From NCBI GenBank assembly GCA_038131795.1, contig JAYPQE010000003.1:424773-488772 (forward strand): DNA of 64,000 nucleotides, read 5' to 3'. Below, piece after piece: positions 1 to 9,255 of this stretch. Under the pieces are notes generated by a model. The model saw only the letters and a program-made list of their open reading frames with translations, was not told where the DNA came from and made no database searches. The position numbers were made by a program, and so were the translations under genes. Position 1 is the stretch's first letter; every line of letters starts with the position of its first letter. Source of the DNA: Candidatus Eutrophobius brisbanensis. GTDB taxonomy: Bacteria; Pseudomonadota; Gammaproteobacteria; Eutrophobiales; Eutrophobiaceae.

Positions 1-86
1 AAGTCCATTTAGTCATACCGGAAGGAATATCTCCATCGCATAATATTTTGTATAAAACCTTTTACGAAAAATAAAGGATATATAAA

Positions 87-1880
87 TTGAATACCTTACT
101 ATTATCTCTGCTTTCGTTTCTGCCTATTCTTGTGGTTGCGATATTCCTGGTGGGGTTGCGCTGGCCCGCCAGCCGCGCCATGCCACTTGCCTATGTGACT
201 GCTGCGGGTCTTGGATTGTTTGTCTGGAAACTGCCTTTTAATCAGGTTGCAGCAGCGACTGTAAAAGGGGTGATCGTCGCAGCGACCCTGCTGTATATTA
301 TTTTTGGTGCCATCCTGTTATTAAATACCCTGCAACATAGCGGGGCAATCAGGGTCATCAGGCGAGGATTTACCGATATATCACCCGACCGGCGAATACA
401 GGTCATTATTATCGCCTGGTTGTTTGGTGCCTTCATCGAGGGTTCATCCGGATTTGGGACCCCGGCAGCTGTGGCAGTGCCATTGCTGGTGGGCCTGGGT
501 TTTCCTGCCATGGCCGCGGTGGTATCCGGGATGGTAATACAGAGTACCCCTGTTTCTTTCGGGGCGTTGGGTACCCCCATTCTGGTGGGTGTTAATACCG
601 GTTTGTCAGGTGACGACAGCGTATATCAATTTGTCCAGCAAATGGGGTATGCCGGTGTGACGCCGGATGCGGTGGGACGTGAATTTCTTGACATGATCGG
701 TGCCAAGGTGGCCATCCTACATGCCATTACCGGGACATTAATACCTCTATTTGTTGTGTCTCTAATGACGCGCTTTTTCGGTGCCAACCGTTCTTTTGTG
801 GATGGCCTCAAGGTCTGGCGTTTTGCCCTGTTTGCAGCCTTTTCCATGACCATACCCTATGTCATTGTGGCCCATGTGTTTGGTGCTGAATTTCCATCCT
901 TGTTTGGCGCACTGATCGGTATGGCCATTGTGGTCACGGCAGTGAAAAAAGGTTGGTTTACTCCGGATGAGGTATGGGATTTCCCGCCAAAGGATAGCTG
1001 GGACCCGGAATGGTCGGGTATTGTGGATATGAAAGACTATCCTGGGGATAAGGGGGCCATGTCCATGTTTGCCGCCTGGCTGCCTTATTTGTTAATTGCC
1101 ATTTTATTGATCATTACCCGCGTACCGGCACTGGGGGTAAACCAGTTGTTGAGATCAGTTTCCTTTGAATGGTCTAACATCTTTAGCTCACCAGTGAGTA
1201 CCGGGGGCATACAGGTGTTATATCTCCCCGGGACCATATTCATTATCGTTTCCGTTGTGACTTACTTCTTGCACAGCATGACCAAAAAGACCTACATGGA
1301 AGGCTTTCATGCCTCTGTGGATACTATGTTAAAGGCTTCACTGCCGTTATTATTTACCGTGCCCATGGTACAGGTGTTCCTGAACTCACAGGACGGTCTG
1401 GCTGGATTCGCGAAAATGCCAAATGCCCTCGCAGAAGGGGTGGCCGTGGTGGCCGGATCGGCCTGGCCCATTTTTGCCACCTTTATTGGCGGCTTTGGTG
1501 CCTTTGTGGCCGGCAGTAATACGGTGAGTAACATGACGTTTTCACTGTTCCAGTTTGGAGTCGGTCAACGTATCGGTGTAGACCCCACCTGGATCGTGGC
1601 CTTACAGGCCGTCGGTGGAGCGGCCGGCAACATTATTTGTGTCCATAACGTGGTGGCGGCCTCTGCAGTGGTGGGGCTACTGGGTAAGGAAGGTCTTGTA
1701 ATTCGTAAGACTTTCATGGCGTTTGTATACTATGCACTACTTTCGGGGTGCATGGGCTACGCGATCGTCTGGTCAGGCACTAAAGGCTGGCTGAACCTGG
1801 GAACTATATTAAGTGTAATCATTGTTGTTGGGCTGTTTGCATTTGCCCGTTCACAGTTGAAAAAGGGAGTAGCTGCATAA
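87..1880 (+). CDS. lldP: L-lactate permease (LctP/LldP family)
   Basis: Polytopic membrane protein with motifs [23 protein letters not shown] and GSNTVSN. TTG start preceded by AAAGGA. Stop overlaps the next start (TAATG). Confidence 0.9.
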   Translation: MNTLLLSLLSFLPILVVAIFLVGLRWPASRAMPLAYVTAAGLGLFVWKLPFNQVAAATVKGVIVAATLLYIIFGAILLLNTLQHSGAIRVIRRGFTDISPDRRIQVIIIAWLFGAFIEGSSGFGTPAAVAVPLLVGLGFPAMAAVVSGMVIQSTPVSFGALGTPILVGVNTGLSGDDSVYQFVQQMGYAGVTPDAVGREFLDMIGAKVAILHAITGTLIPLFVVSLMTRFFGANRSFVDGLKVWRFALFAAFSMTIPYVIVAHVFGAEFPSLFGALIGMAIVVTAVKKGWFTPDEVWDFPPKDSWDPEWSGIVDMKDYPGDKGAMSMFAAWLPYLLIAILLIITRVPALGVNQLLRSVSFEWSNIFSSPVSTGGIQVLYLPGTIFIIVSVVTYFLHSMTKKTYMEGFHASVDTMLKASLPLLFTVPMVQVFLNSQDGLAGFAKMPNALAEGVAVVAGSAWPIFATFIGGFGAFVAGSNTVSNMTFSLFQFGVGQRIGVDPTWIVALQAVGGAAGNIICVHNVVAASAVVGLLGKEGLVIRKTFMAFVYYALLSGCMGYAIVWSGTKGWLNLGTILSVIIVVGLFAFARSQLKKGVAA

Positions 1881-3034
1881 TGTTTTTGCGTCTCAAGGAC
1901 ATCCGCAATATTGAAGATTTAAGACTAATGGCGAAACAGCGTCTGCCCGGGCCTATCTTTCATTATATTGATGGGGCGGCGGACGATGAGGTCACCTATA
2001 AACGAAACACGGCGGCCTATGAAGACGTGGACCTGGTGCCCAATGTGCTGGTGGACGTGGAAAATATTGATATTTCCACCACGGTCATGGGGCAGAAGAT
2101 CGACATGCCATTGTTTATGTCCCCCACGGCATTGCAACGCCTGTTCCATCACGATGGTGAGATGGCGGTGGGCCGTGCTGCCGAGAAATTCAATACCATC
2201 TTTGGTGTGTCTTCCCTGGGATCGGTCAGTATTGAACGCATTGGTGCAGAGATCAATACCCCCAAACTCTTTCAGCTTTACTATCACAAGGACAAGGGTC
2301 TGACCCATAGCATGATAGACCGTTGTAAGGAGGCCAATTTTGATGGCATGGCCCTGACTGTGGATACCATCGTCGGTGGTAACCGGGAGCGGGACCTGTA
2401 TACGGGGTTTACTACGCCGCCGAGGTTAACATTAAAAAGTCTAATGAGTTTCGCTACTCATCCCGCCTGGGCATTTAATTATTTTACCCATGAACCCTTT
2501 GAACTCTCTCAATTGAAGGACTATATCAAGGAAGGATCAAATATCTCCATTACGGTTGCAGACTACTTTAACAACATGCTGGATCAGACCATGGACTGGA
2601 AGGCGGCAGAGCAGATCAATGCCTACTGGGGCAGGCCTTTTTGTTTAAAAGGGGTCATGTCCGTGGAAGATGCCAAACGTGCGGTGGACATTGGATGCAG
2701 TGCCATCATGGTCTCCAACCACGGTGGCCGCCAACTGGATGGCTCACGTTCTCCGTTTGATCAACTGGCGGAGATTTGCGATGCGGTGGGCGATAAGATA
2801 GATGTAATCTGTGACGGCGGCATCCGAAGAGGAACCCATATCCTCAAGGCGTTATCCGTAGGGGCCAAGGCCTGTTCCGGCGGCAGGTTATATCTCTACG
2901 CCCTGGCGGCGGCTGGTCAGGCAGGGGTGGAGAAGGCAATGTCCCTGCTCAAGGCCGAGATTGTGCGTGATATGAAGTTAATGGGATGTACCAAGGTTAG
3001 TGATCTTCATCGGGGTAATCTGCGATTTAGATAA
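1880..3034 (+). CDS. lldD: FMN-dependent alpha-hydroxy acid dehydrogenase (L-lactate dehydrogenase-like)
   Basis: Motifs YIDGAADDE, FQLY, VSNHGGRQLDG and DGGIRRG; translationally coupled to the lactate permease. Confidence 0.88.
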   Translation: MFLRLKDIRNIEDLRLMAKQRLPGPIFHYIDGAADDEVTYKRNTAAYEDVDLVPNVLVDVENIDISTTVMGQKIDMPLFMSPTALQRLFHHDGEMAVGRAAEKFNTIFGVSSLGSVSIERIGAEINTPKLFQLYYHKDKGLTHSMIDRCKEANFDGMALTVDTIVGGNRERDLYTGFTTPPRLTLKSLMSFATHPAWAFNYFTHEPFELSQLKDYIKEGSNISITVADYFNNMLDQTMDWKAAEQINAYWGRPFCLKGVMSVEDAKRAVDIGCSAIMVSNHGGRQLDGSRSPFDQLAEICDAVGDKIDVICDGGIRRGTHILKALSVGAKACSGGRLYLYALAAAGQAGVEKAMSLLKAEIVRDMKLMGCTKVSDLHRGNLRFR

Positions 3035-3049
3035 AACAAAATAAACTAA

Positions 3050-3180
3050 TTTTTTACCCATACTTCGTTCTCGTCTTTCTCAAATGCTCATTTACTTATT
3101 TCGCGGTAATTTCGGATTTAGATATAAAGTATCAGCTTTACTGATATTTGCTCCGTAGACTCGGAAATGATGGGCTAAAA
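3050..3180. repeat. Degenerate copy of the MITE-like element at 47540-47743
   Basis: 3062-3087 matches 47575-47600 at 24/26 nt; imperfect inverted ends TTTTTACCCAT...ATGGGCTAAAA. Confidence 0.55.
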
Positions 3181-3183
3181 ATG

Positions 3184-3346
3184 CCGTCATTCTGGCGAAA
3201 GCCAGAATCTAATTAATTAAAGTGCACCGTAGGCGCCCATTAACTGATTGGATGCCGGGTCAAAGCTTGTGCTGGCGGATAGTAAGCCAGTACCCGGCAT
3301 GACGGGATTTTTATTTATCGTCATTCCCGCGAAGGCGGCAATCCAG
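3184..3346. repeat. Composite REP/RPE-like palindromic element (CGTCATTC...GAATC and GGATGCC...GGCATGACG units)
   Basis: 122-bp unit 3184-3305 bounded by inverted CCGTCAT/ATGACGG, followed by CGTCATTCCCGCGAAGGCGGCAATCCAG (3319-3346). Related copies at 5790-5900, 12029-12055 and 13773-13996. Confidence 0.85.
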
Positions 3347-3434
3347 TCATATAAATAGCGCCAGAGGGGCTCTTTATTAAAATTATTTAACATATCAGGT
3401 TGAATGCCTCTACTAATAAACAGCAAAATACCTT

Positions 3435-5390
3435 ATGACAATTCTCTGGCAACCCTCTGATGAACTGATCCAGCATAGCAATCTTGCCGCATATCAAAAG
3501 GCCATAAGTGATCGCTATGGTCTTATATTTGAATCTTATGATGATCTGCATCACTGGTCTGTTGAACATCCCGAACTGTTCTGGGACACCATATGGGATT
3601 ACTGTAACGTTATTGCTAAAGATAAAGGAGACTCTGTCTATATACCGGGTGATCGGTTTATCGATGCGCAATTTTTCCCCGATGCAAAGCTGAATTTTAC
3701 TGAAAACCTGCTGCGTAGAAGCGATGATACCGATGCCATTGTGTTTTTAAGCGAGTCGGGTTATTTATCAAGACTCAGTTGGTCAGCACTCAACAAAGCG
3801 GTGTCACATTTTATCAACGCCCTGACCCAGGCGGAGATTAAACCTGAAGATCGCATAGCGGCGTGTATGCCTAATATGCCGGAGACGATTATCGCCGGGT
3901 TATCGAGTACTGCAATCGGGGCTACCTGGTCATCCTGTTCACCCGATTTCGGAGAACAGGGAATTGTCGACAGGTTTTTACAGATCAAACCTGAAATATT
4001 GATTGCCTGCGACGGATATTTCTATAACGGTAAGGCCATTGATATTCGTGACAAGATAGCAAACGTGGTCCCCCGTATACCCTCTTTGAAAAAGGTCATA
4101 GTGGTACCCTACCTGTCCAGCGTTCAGGACAATGAACTGGATATCACCGCAATACCAAAATCAGTTTCCTGGGACGACTTTCAGGCAAACAGCACACATT
4201 CCAGCATTACATATAATCATTTCAGTTTTGACCATCCCCTTTACATCATGTTTTCCAGTGGCACCACCGGCCTGCCAAAATGTATCGTCCATGGCGCCGG
4301 CCGCGCCCTGTTACAGCATATGAAAGAGCATAAGTTTCATTGCAATATTAAACCGGGAGATAGGATGTTTTTCTTCACCACCTGTGGCTGGATGATGTGG
4401 AACTGGTTGGTCAGCGCCCTGGCATCTGAGGCAACCGTGATGTTATATGATGGTTCACCATTTTATCCCAATGGTAACGTGCTATGGGACTATGCAGAAA
4501 AGGAGCGTATAAGCTTTTTCGGAATATCGCCCAAGTACATCCAGGCCATGGAGAAACAGGAGATAAAACCGGTAAATACTCACGATTTATCAACACTGCG
4601 CACGATTGCCTCAACCGGTTCAACGCTATTGCCGGAGAACTTTGATTTTGTTTATCAAAATATTAAAAAGGACGTTTGTCTGAGTTCCAAGTCTGGCGGT
4701 ACCGATATCCTTTCCTGCTTTGTCCTGGGTAACCCCATTGGTCCGGTCCGTAGGGGGGAGATACAGGTAAAGGGGCTGGGTATGAATGTGGATATATGGA
4801 ATGATGAGGGACAATCAATCATTGGCGAGAAAGGTGAACTGGTGTGTATACAACCCTTTCCTTCTATACCTGTTAAGTTCTGGAACGACCCGGACAACGA
4901 ACGCTACCTGGATGCCTATTTTTCAAGTTTCCCGGATGTCTGGGCACAGGGTGATTTTGCCGAGCAAAGACAAAGCGGTGGCTTTATTATCTATGGCCGT
5001 TCAGATGCAACATTAAATCCCGGCGGTGTGAGGATAGGCACGGCTGAGATCTATCGCCAGGTGGAACAACTTGATGAGGTCATTGAGAGTGTTGCTATTG
5101 GTCAGGAATGGCAAGGGGATAAACGCATATTATTGTTCGTGGTATTAAGGGACGAGTTGAGCCTGAATGAAGACCTGGTAGATCAAATAAAAACACAGAT
5201 CCGCACCGGGACCAGTCCACGGCATGTCCCGGCAAGGATATACCAGGTCCCCGACATTCCCCGTACCCGATCAGGCAAGATCACTGAACTGGCCATACGT
5301 GATGTTATTCACGGTCGTGAGGTCAAAAACATGGAGGCGTTGACCAACCCCGAGGCGTTGGATTACTTCAGGATTAGTAAGGAGAAGTAA
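3435..5390 (+). CDS. Acetoacetate--CoA ligase (acetoacetyl-CoA synthetase)
   Basis: AMP-binding motif YIMFSSGTTGLPKCIVH, plus FFTTCGWMMWNWL, SGGTD, GRSDATLNPGGVRIGTAEIY and PRTRSGK. Confidence 0.92.
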   Translation: MTILWQPSDELIQHSNLAAYQKAISDRYGLIFESYDDLHHWSVEHPELFWDTIWDYCNVIAKDKGDSVYIPGDRFIDAQFFPDAKLNFTENLLRRSDDTDAIVFLSESGYLSRLSWSALNKAVSHFINALTQAEIKPEDRIAACMPNMPETIIAGLSSTAIGATWSSCSPDFGEQGIVDRFLQIKPEILIACDGYFYNGKAIDIRDKIANVVPRIPSLKKVIVVPYLSSVQDNELDITAIPKSVSWDDFQANSTHSSITYNHFSFDHPLYIMFSSGTTGLPKCIVHGAGRALLQHMKEHKFHCNIKPGDRMFFFTTCGWMMWNWLVSALASEATVMLYDGSPFYPNGNVLWDYAEKERISFFGISPKYIQAMEKQEIKPVNTHDLSTLRTIASTGSTLLPENFDFVYQNIKKDVCLSSKSGGTDILSCFVLGNPIGPVRRGEIQVKGLGMNVDIWNDEGQSIIGEKGELVCIQPFPSIPVKFWNDPDNERYLDAYFSSFPDVWAQGDFAEQRQSGGFIIYGRSDATLNPGGVRIGTAEIYRQVEQLDEVIESVAIGQEWQGDKRILLFVVLRDELSLNEDLVDQIKTQIRTGTSPRHVPARIYQVPDIPRTRSGKITELAIRDVIHGREVKNMEALTNPEALDYFRISKEK

Positions 5391-5442
5391 AAATGGGGTC
5401 AGATGAACTTTTTCAATAAAATTATCATCTGACCCCATTTTT
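5389..5442. repeat. 18-bp perfect inverted repeat (GGGTCAGA/TCTGACCC REP-like family); may act as a terminator
   Basis: AAAAATGGGGTCAGATGA (5389-5406) and TCATCTGACCCCATTTTT (5425-5442); starts in the upstream stop codon. Confidence 0.8.
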
Positions 5443-5466
5443 GCATTTTTTCGGAGGAGATAAATA

Positions 5467-5763
5467 GTGTATGCAGTCATTTTCAAGGCTGACATAAACC
5501 AGTTTGATCAGGAATATGACGATATGTTGGTTGAGATGAGAGAGTTGGCTGTGAGCCAATACGGTTGTATAAATATCCAGTCAGTCACAGAAGGAGAAAA
5601 TGAGATCACCATCTCTTACTGGAATAGCCTTGAGGATATCAAGGCCTGGAAGCAGGATGAACGACATCAGATGGCACAGAAGTTGGGGAAGGTGAAATGG
5701 TACAAGTCGTACCAGGTACAGGTGGTTGAGGTAATAAAGGACTATTCATCGCGTGTCCAGTGA
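5467..5763 (+). CDS. Antibiotic biosynthesis monooxygenase (ABM) family protein
   Basis: MYAVIF...ITISYWNSLEDIKAWK..H..AQKLG..WY pattern; SD GGAGGAG upstream of a GTG start. Confidence 0.8.
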   Translation: MYAVIFKADINQFDQEYDDMLVEMRELAVSQYGCINIQSVTEGENEITISYWNSLEDIKAWKQDERHQMAQKLGKVKWYKSYQVQVVEVIKDYSSRVQ

Positions 5764-5771
5764 GAAAAAGT

Positions 5772-5899
5772 ACGCCTCTGGCGTTAATTAATTGATTGGA
5801 TGCCGGGTCAAGCCCGGCATGACGGGATTATTAATATCGTCATTCCCGCGTAGGCGGGAATCCAGTTAATTGAAGTGCGCATGTATGCGCACATTAATT
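5772..5899. repeat. Composite REP/RPE-like palindromic element between convergent genes
   Basis: GGATGCCGGGTCAAGCCCGGCATGAC (5798-5823), CGTCATTCCCGCGTAGGCGGGAATCCAG (5838-5865) and hairpin GTGCGCATGTATGCGCAC (5875-5892). Confidence 0.85.
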
Positions 5900-5901
5900 C
5901 A

Positions 5902-6219
5902 TTACATATTCATCTGCACCATCTCGGAGACTTCCAACGTACCTCCGATCTCAAGGAAAGGACATGATTTCGCAATTTCTATAGCGGCCTCAATGGAGTC
6001 TGCCTCTATAATGGTATAACCGGACATAAATATTTTACTGCCCTCGGTCACGCTACCATCTGTGTCGATGGTATAGGAATTCTTTAACGGGTTGGCAGGG
6101 CTGATGATGGCGTCACCCACAGAGGATAACCATTCCTTGTATTTGGCGAAATGTTTCTGGCCTTCTTCAGGGGTAGTGGGTGGATTGCCACCAAGATAGG
6201 TAATGAAAAATTGTGCCAT
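5902..6219 (-). CDS. YCII-related protein
   Basis: C-terminal SGYTIIEADSIEAAIEIAKSCPFL..GG.LEV pattern. Confidence 0.75.
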   Translation of the reverse strand: MAQFFITYLGGNPPTTPEEGQKHFAKYKEWLSSVGDAIISPANPLKNSYTIDTDGSVTEGSKIFMSGYTIIEADSIEAAIEIAKSCPFLEIGGTLEVSEMVQMNM

Positions 6220-6429
6220 ATCTTAAATTCCAGTTATGTATTTAATTCACCAGTGTACAACAATATTTAAAAAATATTATTGCTTAATAAAAAACATCAG
6301 TATAAACAATGGAATCCATGAGCTGGTATGCGTTTTAATTTATTTCATCTATAGTTATATAAAGACATAACAGTAAGGCGACGCATCAGCCGGGATAGTC
6401 ATTACTAAGAATAAATAAGGAGAATTATT

Positions 6430-6858
6430 ATGAAGACAGTAGGGGAATTAATACAATCAAAAGATGGGGATATTCGATCAATCTCGCCCGACAGTTCTGT
6501 CTATGAAGCAGTTCAAAAGATGGCCGAGTATGGCATCGGCGCCTTACTGGTAATGGAAGGAAATAAGGTCATTGGTATCCTGTCCGAGCGGGACTATGCC
6601 AGAAAAGTGATCCTGCAAAATCGTGGTTCCAAGACCACCCAGGTTAGCGAGATTATGACCTCTAATGTAAATTATGCAGAACCTGATCATTCAGTGGAAC
6701 AATGCATGTCCCTGATGACGCAAAAGCGCTTCAGGCATTTGCCTGTGATGGATGGCGATAAAGTAATAGGCATGTTATCCATTGGGGACCTGGTTAAGGA
6801 AGTGATTTCTGAACAGCAGTCCACCATTGAAATGCTGGAAAAATACATCACCGCGTAA
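6430..6858 (+). CDS. CBS-domain pair protein
   Basis: IGALLV, GILSERDYARK, RFRHLPV and LSIGDLVK; SD AAGGAG. Confidence 0.9.
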   Translation: MKTVGELIQSKDGDIRSISPDSSVYEAVQKMAEYGIGALLVMEGNKVIGILSERDYARKVILQNRGSKTTQVSEIMTSNVNYAEPDHSVEQCMSLMTQKRFRHLPVMDGDKVIGMLSIGDLVKEVISEQQSTIEMLEKYITA

Positions 6859-6866
6859 TCGACACT

Positions 6867-7274
6867 TTGAAGATCATCTGCGCAGCAATTCTGTTGTTTT
6901 TCATGGCCAGGTGTGCCGTGGCATTGGAGTTTATGCCATATCCAGTCGCGCAAATTTCCCAGGAACAGTTCGAGGTCTTCTTTAATAAGGCCAGGGAGCG
7001 GCTGTCACATTCTCAGCGTATCTATCGCCATCAACACATGATGATATTTAAAGATGATTTTAACGGCCATCACTATGCATTCACCTTGCCCGGTCACGCC
7101 GCCCATCCCAGTTGGATAGTGCGGCGAATTGTCAATCATGAGGGAGAACTGCAGATTCAGCAGGTAGGTTATTATGTAAATGAAGAGGCCGCGTTTGTTG
7201 AGCTGTTTGATGCATATCTCAAGCTCAATGAGAAAATAAAACCCCAGTTACAAGAACAGTATAGATTGCCCTGA
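6867..7274 (+). CDS. Hypothetical exported protein
   Basis: N-terminal signal-peptide-like segment MKIICAAILLFFMARCAVA; fills the gap between neighbours; no family recognised. Confidence 0.6.
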   Translation: MKIICAAILLFFMARCAVALEFMPYPVAQISQEQFEVFFNKARERLSHSQRIYRHQHMMIFKDDFNGHHYAFTLPGHAAHPSWIVRRIVNHEGELQIQQVGYYVNEEAAFVELFDAYLKLNEKIKPQLQEQYRLP

Positions 7275-7277
7275 GCT

Positions 7278-9164
7278 TTAAGGTTTTCTTTTGAAAAAAT
7301 AAATCAGCACAGGCAATATCAAAACGATACCAGCCGCACTGGTGATTTGCCCCGGGGTTAACATCAATACCCCACATATAAGAATATACCCACGCACAAG
7401 CCAATTGAGCCTTTCATGGATATAACCCTGTAAGGTAATGCTTAATGCTGTGATACCAAGTATGCCGTTTATTATTGCAAACGCAATCTGGTTGAATGTT
7501 GCAATGGTAAGAAACGCCGGGTTCAGGACAAACAGGAATGGAATAAAGTAGGCAACGAAAGCCAATCGTGTTGCCGTCATGGCGGTCAACATGGGCCTGG
7601 AGTTGGCGATCCCGGCACCTGCAAAGGATGCCAGGGCATCAGGTGGAGTGATGACGGCGAACGATGCAAAATACATGACGAACATGTGAGATAGCAACAA
7701 GGCGTTCTGGGTAATGGCCGGGACATCAGATACCTGGAGGATGTTATAGATCGCCGGGATGGTGATAACCACCTGGATAATATAAGACGCCGATGGCGGC
7801 AGGCCCATTCCAAGGATAAAGGCCGCTATGGCAGTGAGCATAAGGGACAATACCAGACTGCCGCCGGCTATATCATTTAGCATGACCGTAAAGCGTATGC
7901 CGATACCCGTCAGGCCGAACATCCCACTGATGATCCCGGCGGCGGCCGTGGCCACCGCAATCATTAATATGCCCTTGCCACCGGCGTATAATGCGTCAAG
8001 TATGTCGTCTTTCCCCATCCGCGATTCCTTTTTGATCCACGACGCAATAATTACACTGAGTGTGGCATAGGAAACGGCATAGGCCGGGCTGAAACCCACC
8101 ATCAATAGCAGGATGAGTACGAATACCGGTATTAAAATATGACCTTTGCGTTTGAGTTTCGAACGCCAGTCCGGCAGTTGGTCCCTGGGCAGACCTACAA
8201 GCCCCAGTTTCACAGATTCGAAATGCACTACCATCCATACACCAAAAAAATACAGCAATGCCGGGAGCAGGGCATAACCCGCAATCTTGATATAAGGAAT
8301 GCCGGTGTACTGCATCATGATCAGGGCAATGATTCCCATCACCGGCGGCATGATCTGACTGCCTGCGGAGGCTGCGGCCTCTACCGCTGCGGCAAATTCC
8401 CGCCGGTATCCCATCTTGATCATTAATGGAATGGTGGCGGTTCCTGAGGTCAGGACGTTGGCTACGGCACTGCCTGACATCATGCCATGCAGTGAACTCC
8501 CAATGATGGCCACCTTGGCCGGTCCACCCTGTCTGTGACCAGCGATACCCAATGCGATATCCATTAATAAATCTCCAAGGCCAGAGCGGGCGAGAAATGC
8601 ACCAAAGATGATGAACAGGGAAATATAGGTGGCACTGGCACCCAGCGGGATCCCGAATGTCCCATCTGTGCCGAAGTAATTGATATCGATCATATGATCA
8701 AGGGAATAGCCACCGTGACTTAAAAATCCTGGAAGGTAGGGGCCGGTAAGTCCATAGATTAAAAATATCAATGTCACTATGGGCAGGGCAGGTCCTGCCA
8801 TTTTTCTGGTGGCTTCCAGTACCAGCAATACAAACAGGCAACCGAGAACCAGTTCCAAAGTGGTTAAAGGTGTAACCAGTGCATAGCGTTCTGTGACCAG
8901 ATAATCGTAATTAAAAAAGATATAACCCGTAGAGGCGATGACCAATAATACCGGGGTAGAATTTATTAACCTGTCTAACAAGGGTTTGCCGGTCTGGTAA
9001 GGCTGTATGATAAATATCAATAACAGGGCAAAGCTGAGATGTACCAATCGCTGCAACAAGGTATCCAGGGTACCTAACAGGCCGGTGTAAAGATGGAATA
9101 ATGAGAAACCGATGGCGAGAATCGCTACTAGTTTCGCGAACTTTCCTGTTGATTCATTCTCCAT
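7278..9164 (-). CDS. TRAP transporter fused permease (4TM/12TM, TAXI-type)
   Basis: Motifs GGPAKVA, SGSAVANV, EAAASAGSQIMPPVMG, LGMGLP and ITPP; about 16 hydrophobic segments. Confidence 0.88.
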   Translation of the reverse strand: MENESTGKFAKLVAILAIGFSLFHLYTGLLGTLDTLLQRLVHLSFALLLIFIIQPYQTGKPLLDRLINSTPVLLVIASTGYIFFNYDYLVTERYALVTPLTTLELVLGCLFVLLVLEATRKMAGPALPIVTLIFLIYGLTGPYLPGFLSHGGYSLDHMIDINYFGTDGTFGIPLGASATYISLFIIFGAFLARSGLGDLLMDIALGIAGHRQGGPAKVAIIGSSLHGMMSGSAVANVLTSGTATIPLMIKMGYRREFAAAVEAAASAGSQIMPPVMGIIALIMMQYTGIPYIKIAGYALLPALLYFFGVWMVVHFESVKLGLVGLPRDQLPDWRSKLKRKGHILIPVFVLILLLMVGFSPAYAVSYATLSVIIASWIKKESRMGKDDILDALYAGGKGILMIAVATAAAGIISGMFGLTGIGIRFTVMLNDIAGGSLVLSLMLTAIAAFILGMGLPPSASYIIQVVITIPAIYNILQVSDVPAITQNALLLSHMFVMYFASFAVITPPDALASFAGAGIANSRPMLTAMTATRLAFVAYFIPFLFVLNPAFLTIATFNQIAFAIINGILGITALSITLQGYIHERLNWLVRGYILICGVLMLTPGQITSAAGIVLILPVLIYFFKRKP

Positions 9165-9221
9165 ATGGGTAGTATGCCCTATTTTGTGAGGAATGACGCA
9201 TTGTTGTTATATCGTGATAAT

Positions 9222-9248
9222 ATCTTGTAAATCCTGTAAATCCTGTCC
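9222..9248. repeat. 9-bp tandem repeat ATC(C/T)TGT(AA/CC) x3
   Basis: ATCTTGTAA ATCCTGTAA ATCCTGTCC, ending 7 nt before the addB-like start. Confidence 0.75.
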
Positions 9249-9255
9249 ATAAATA

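Noticed and set aside
3217-3426. 69-aa minus-strand ORF
   Set aside because: Largely made of palindromic repeat sequence (WIAAFAGMT is the antisense reading of the repeat).
6322-6340. Possible sigma54 promoter upstream of the CBS gene (TGGTAT...)
   Set aside because: The GC required 10 nt after the GG is absent.
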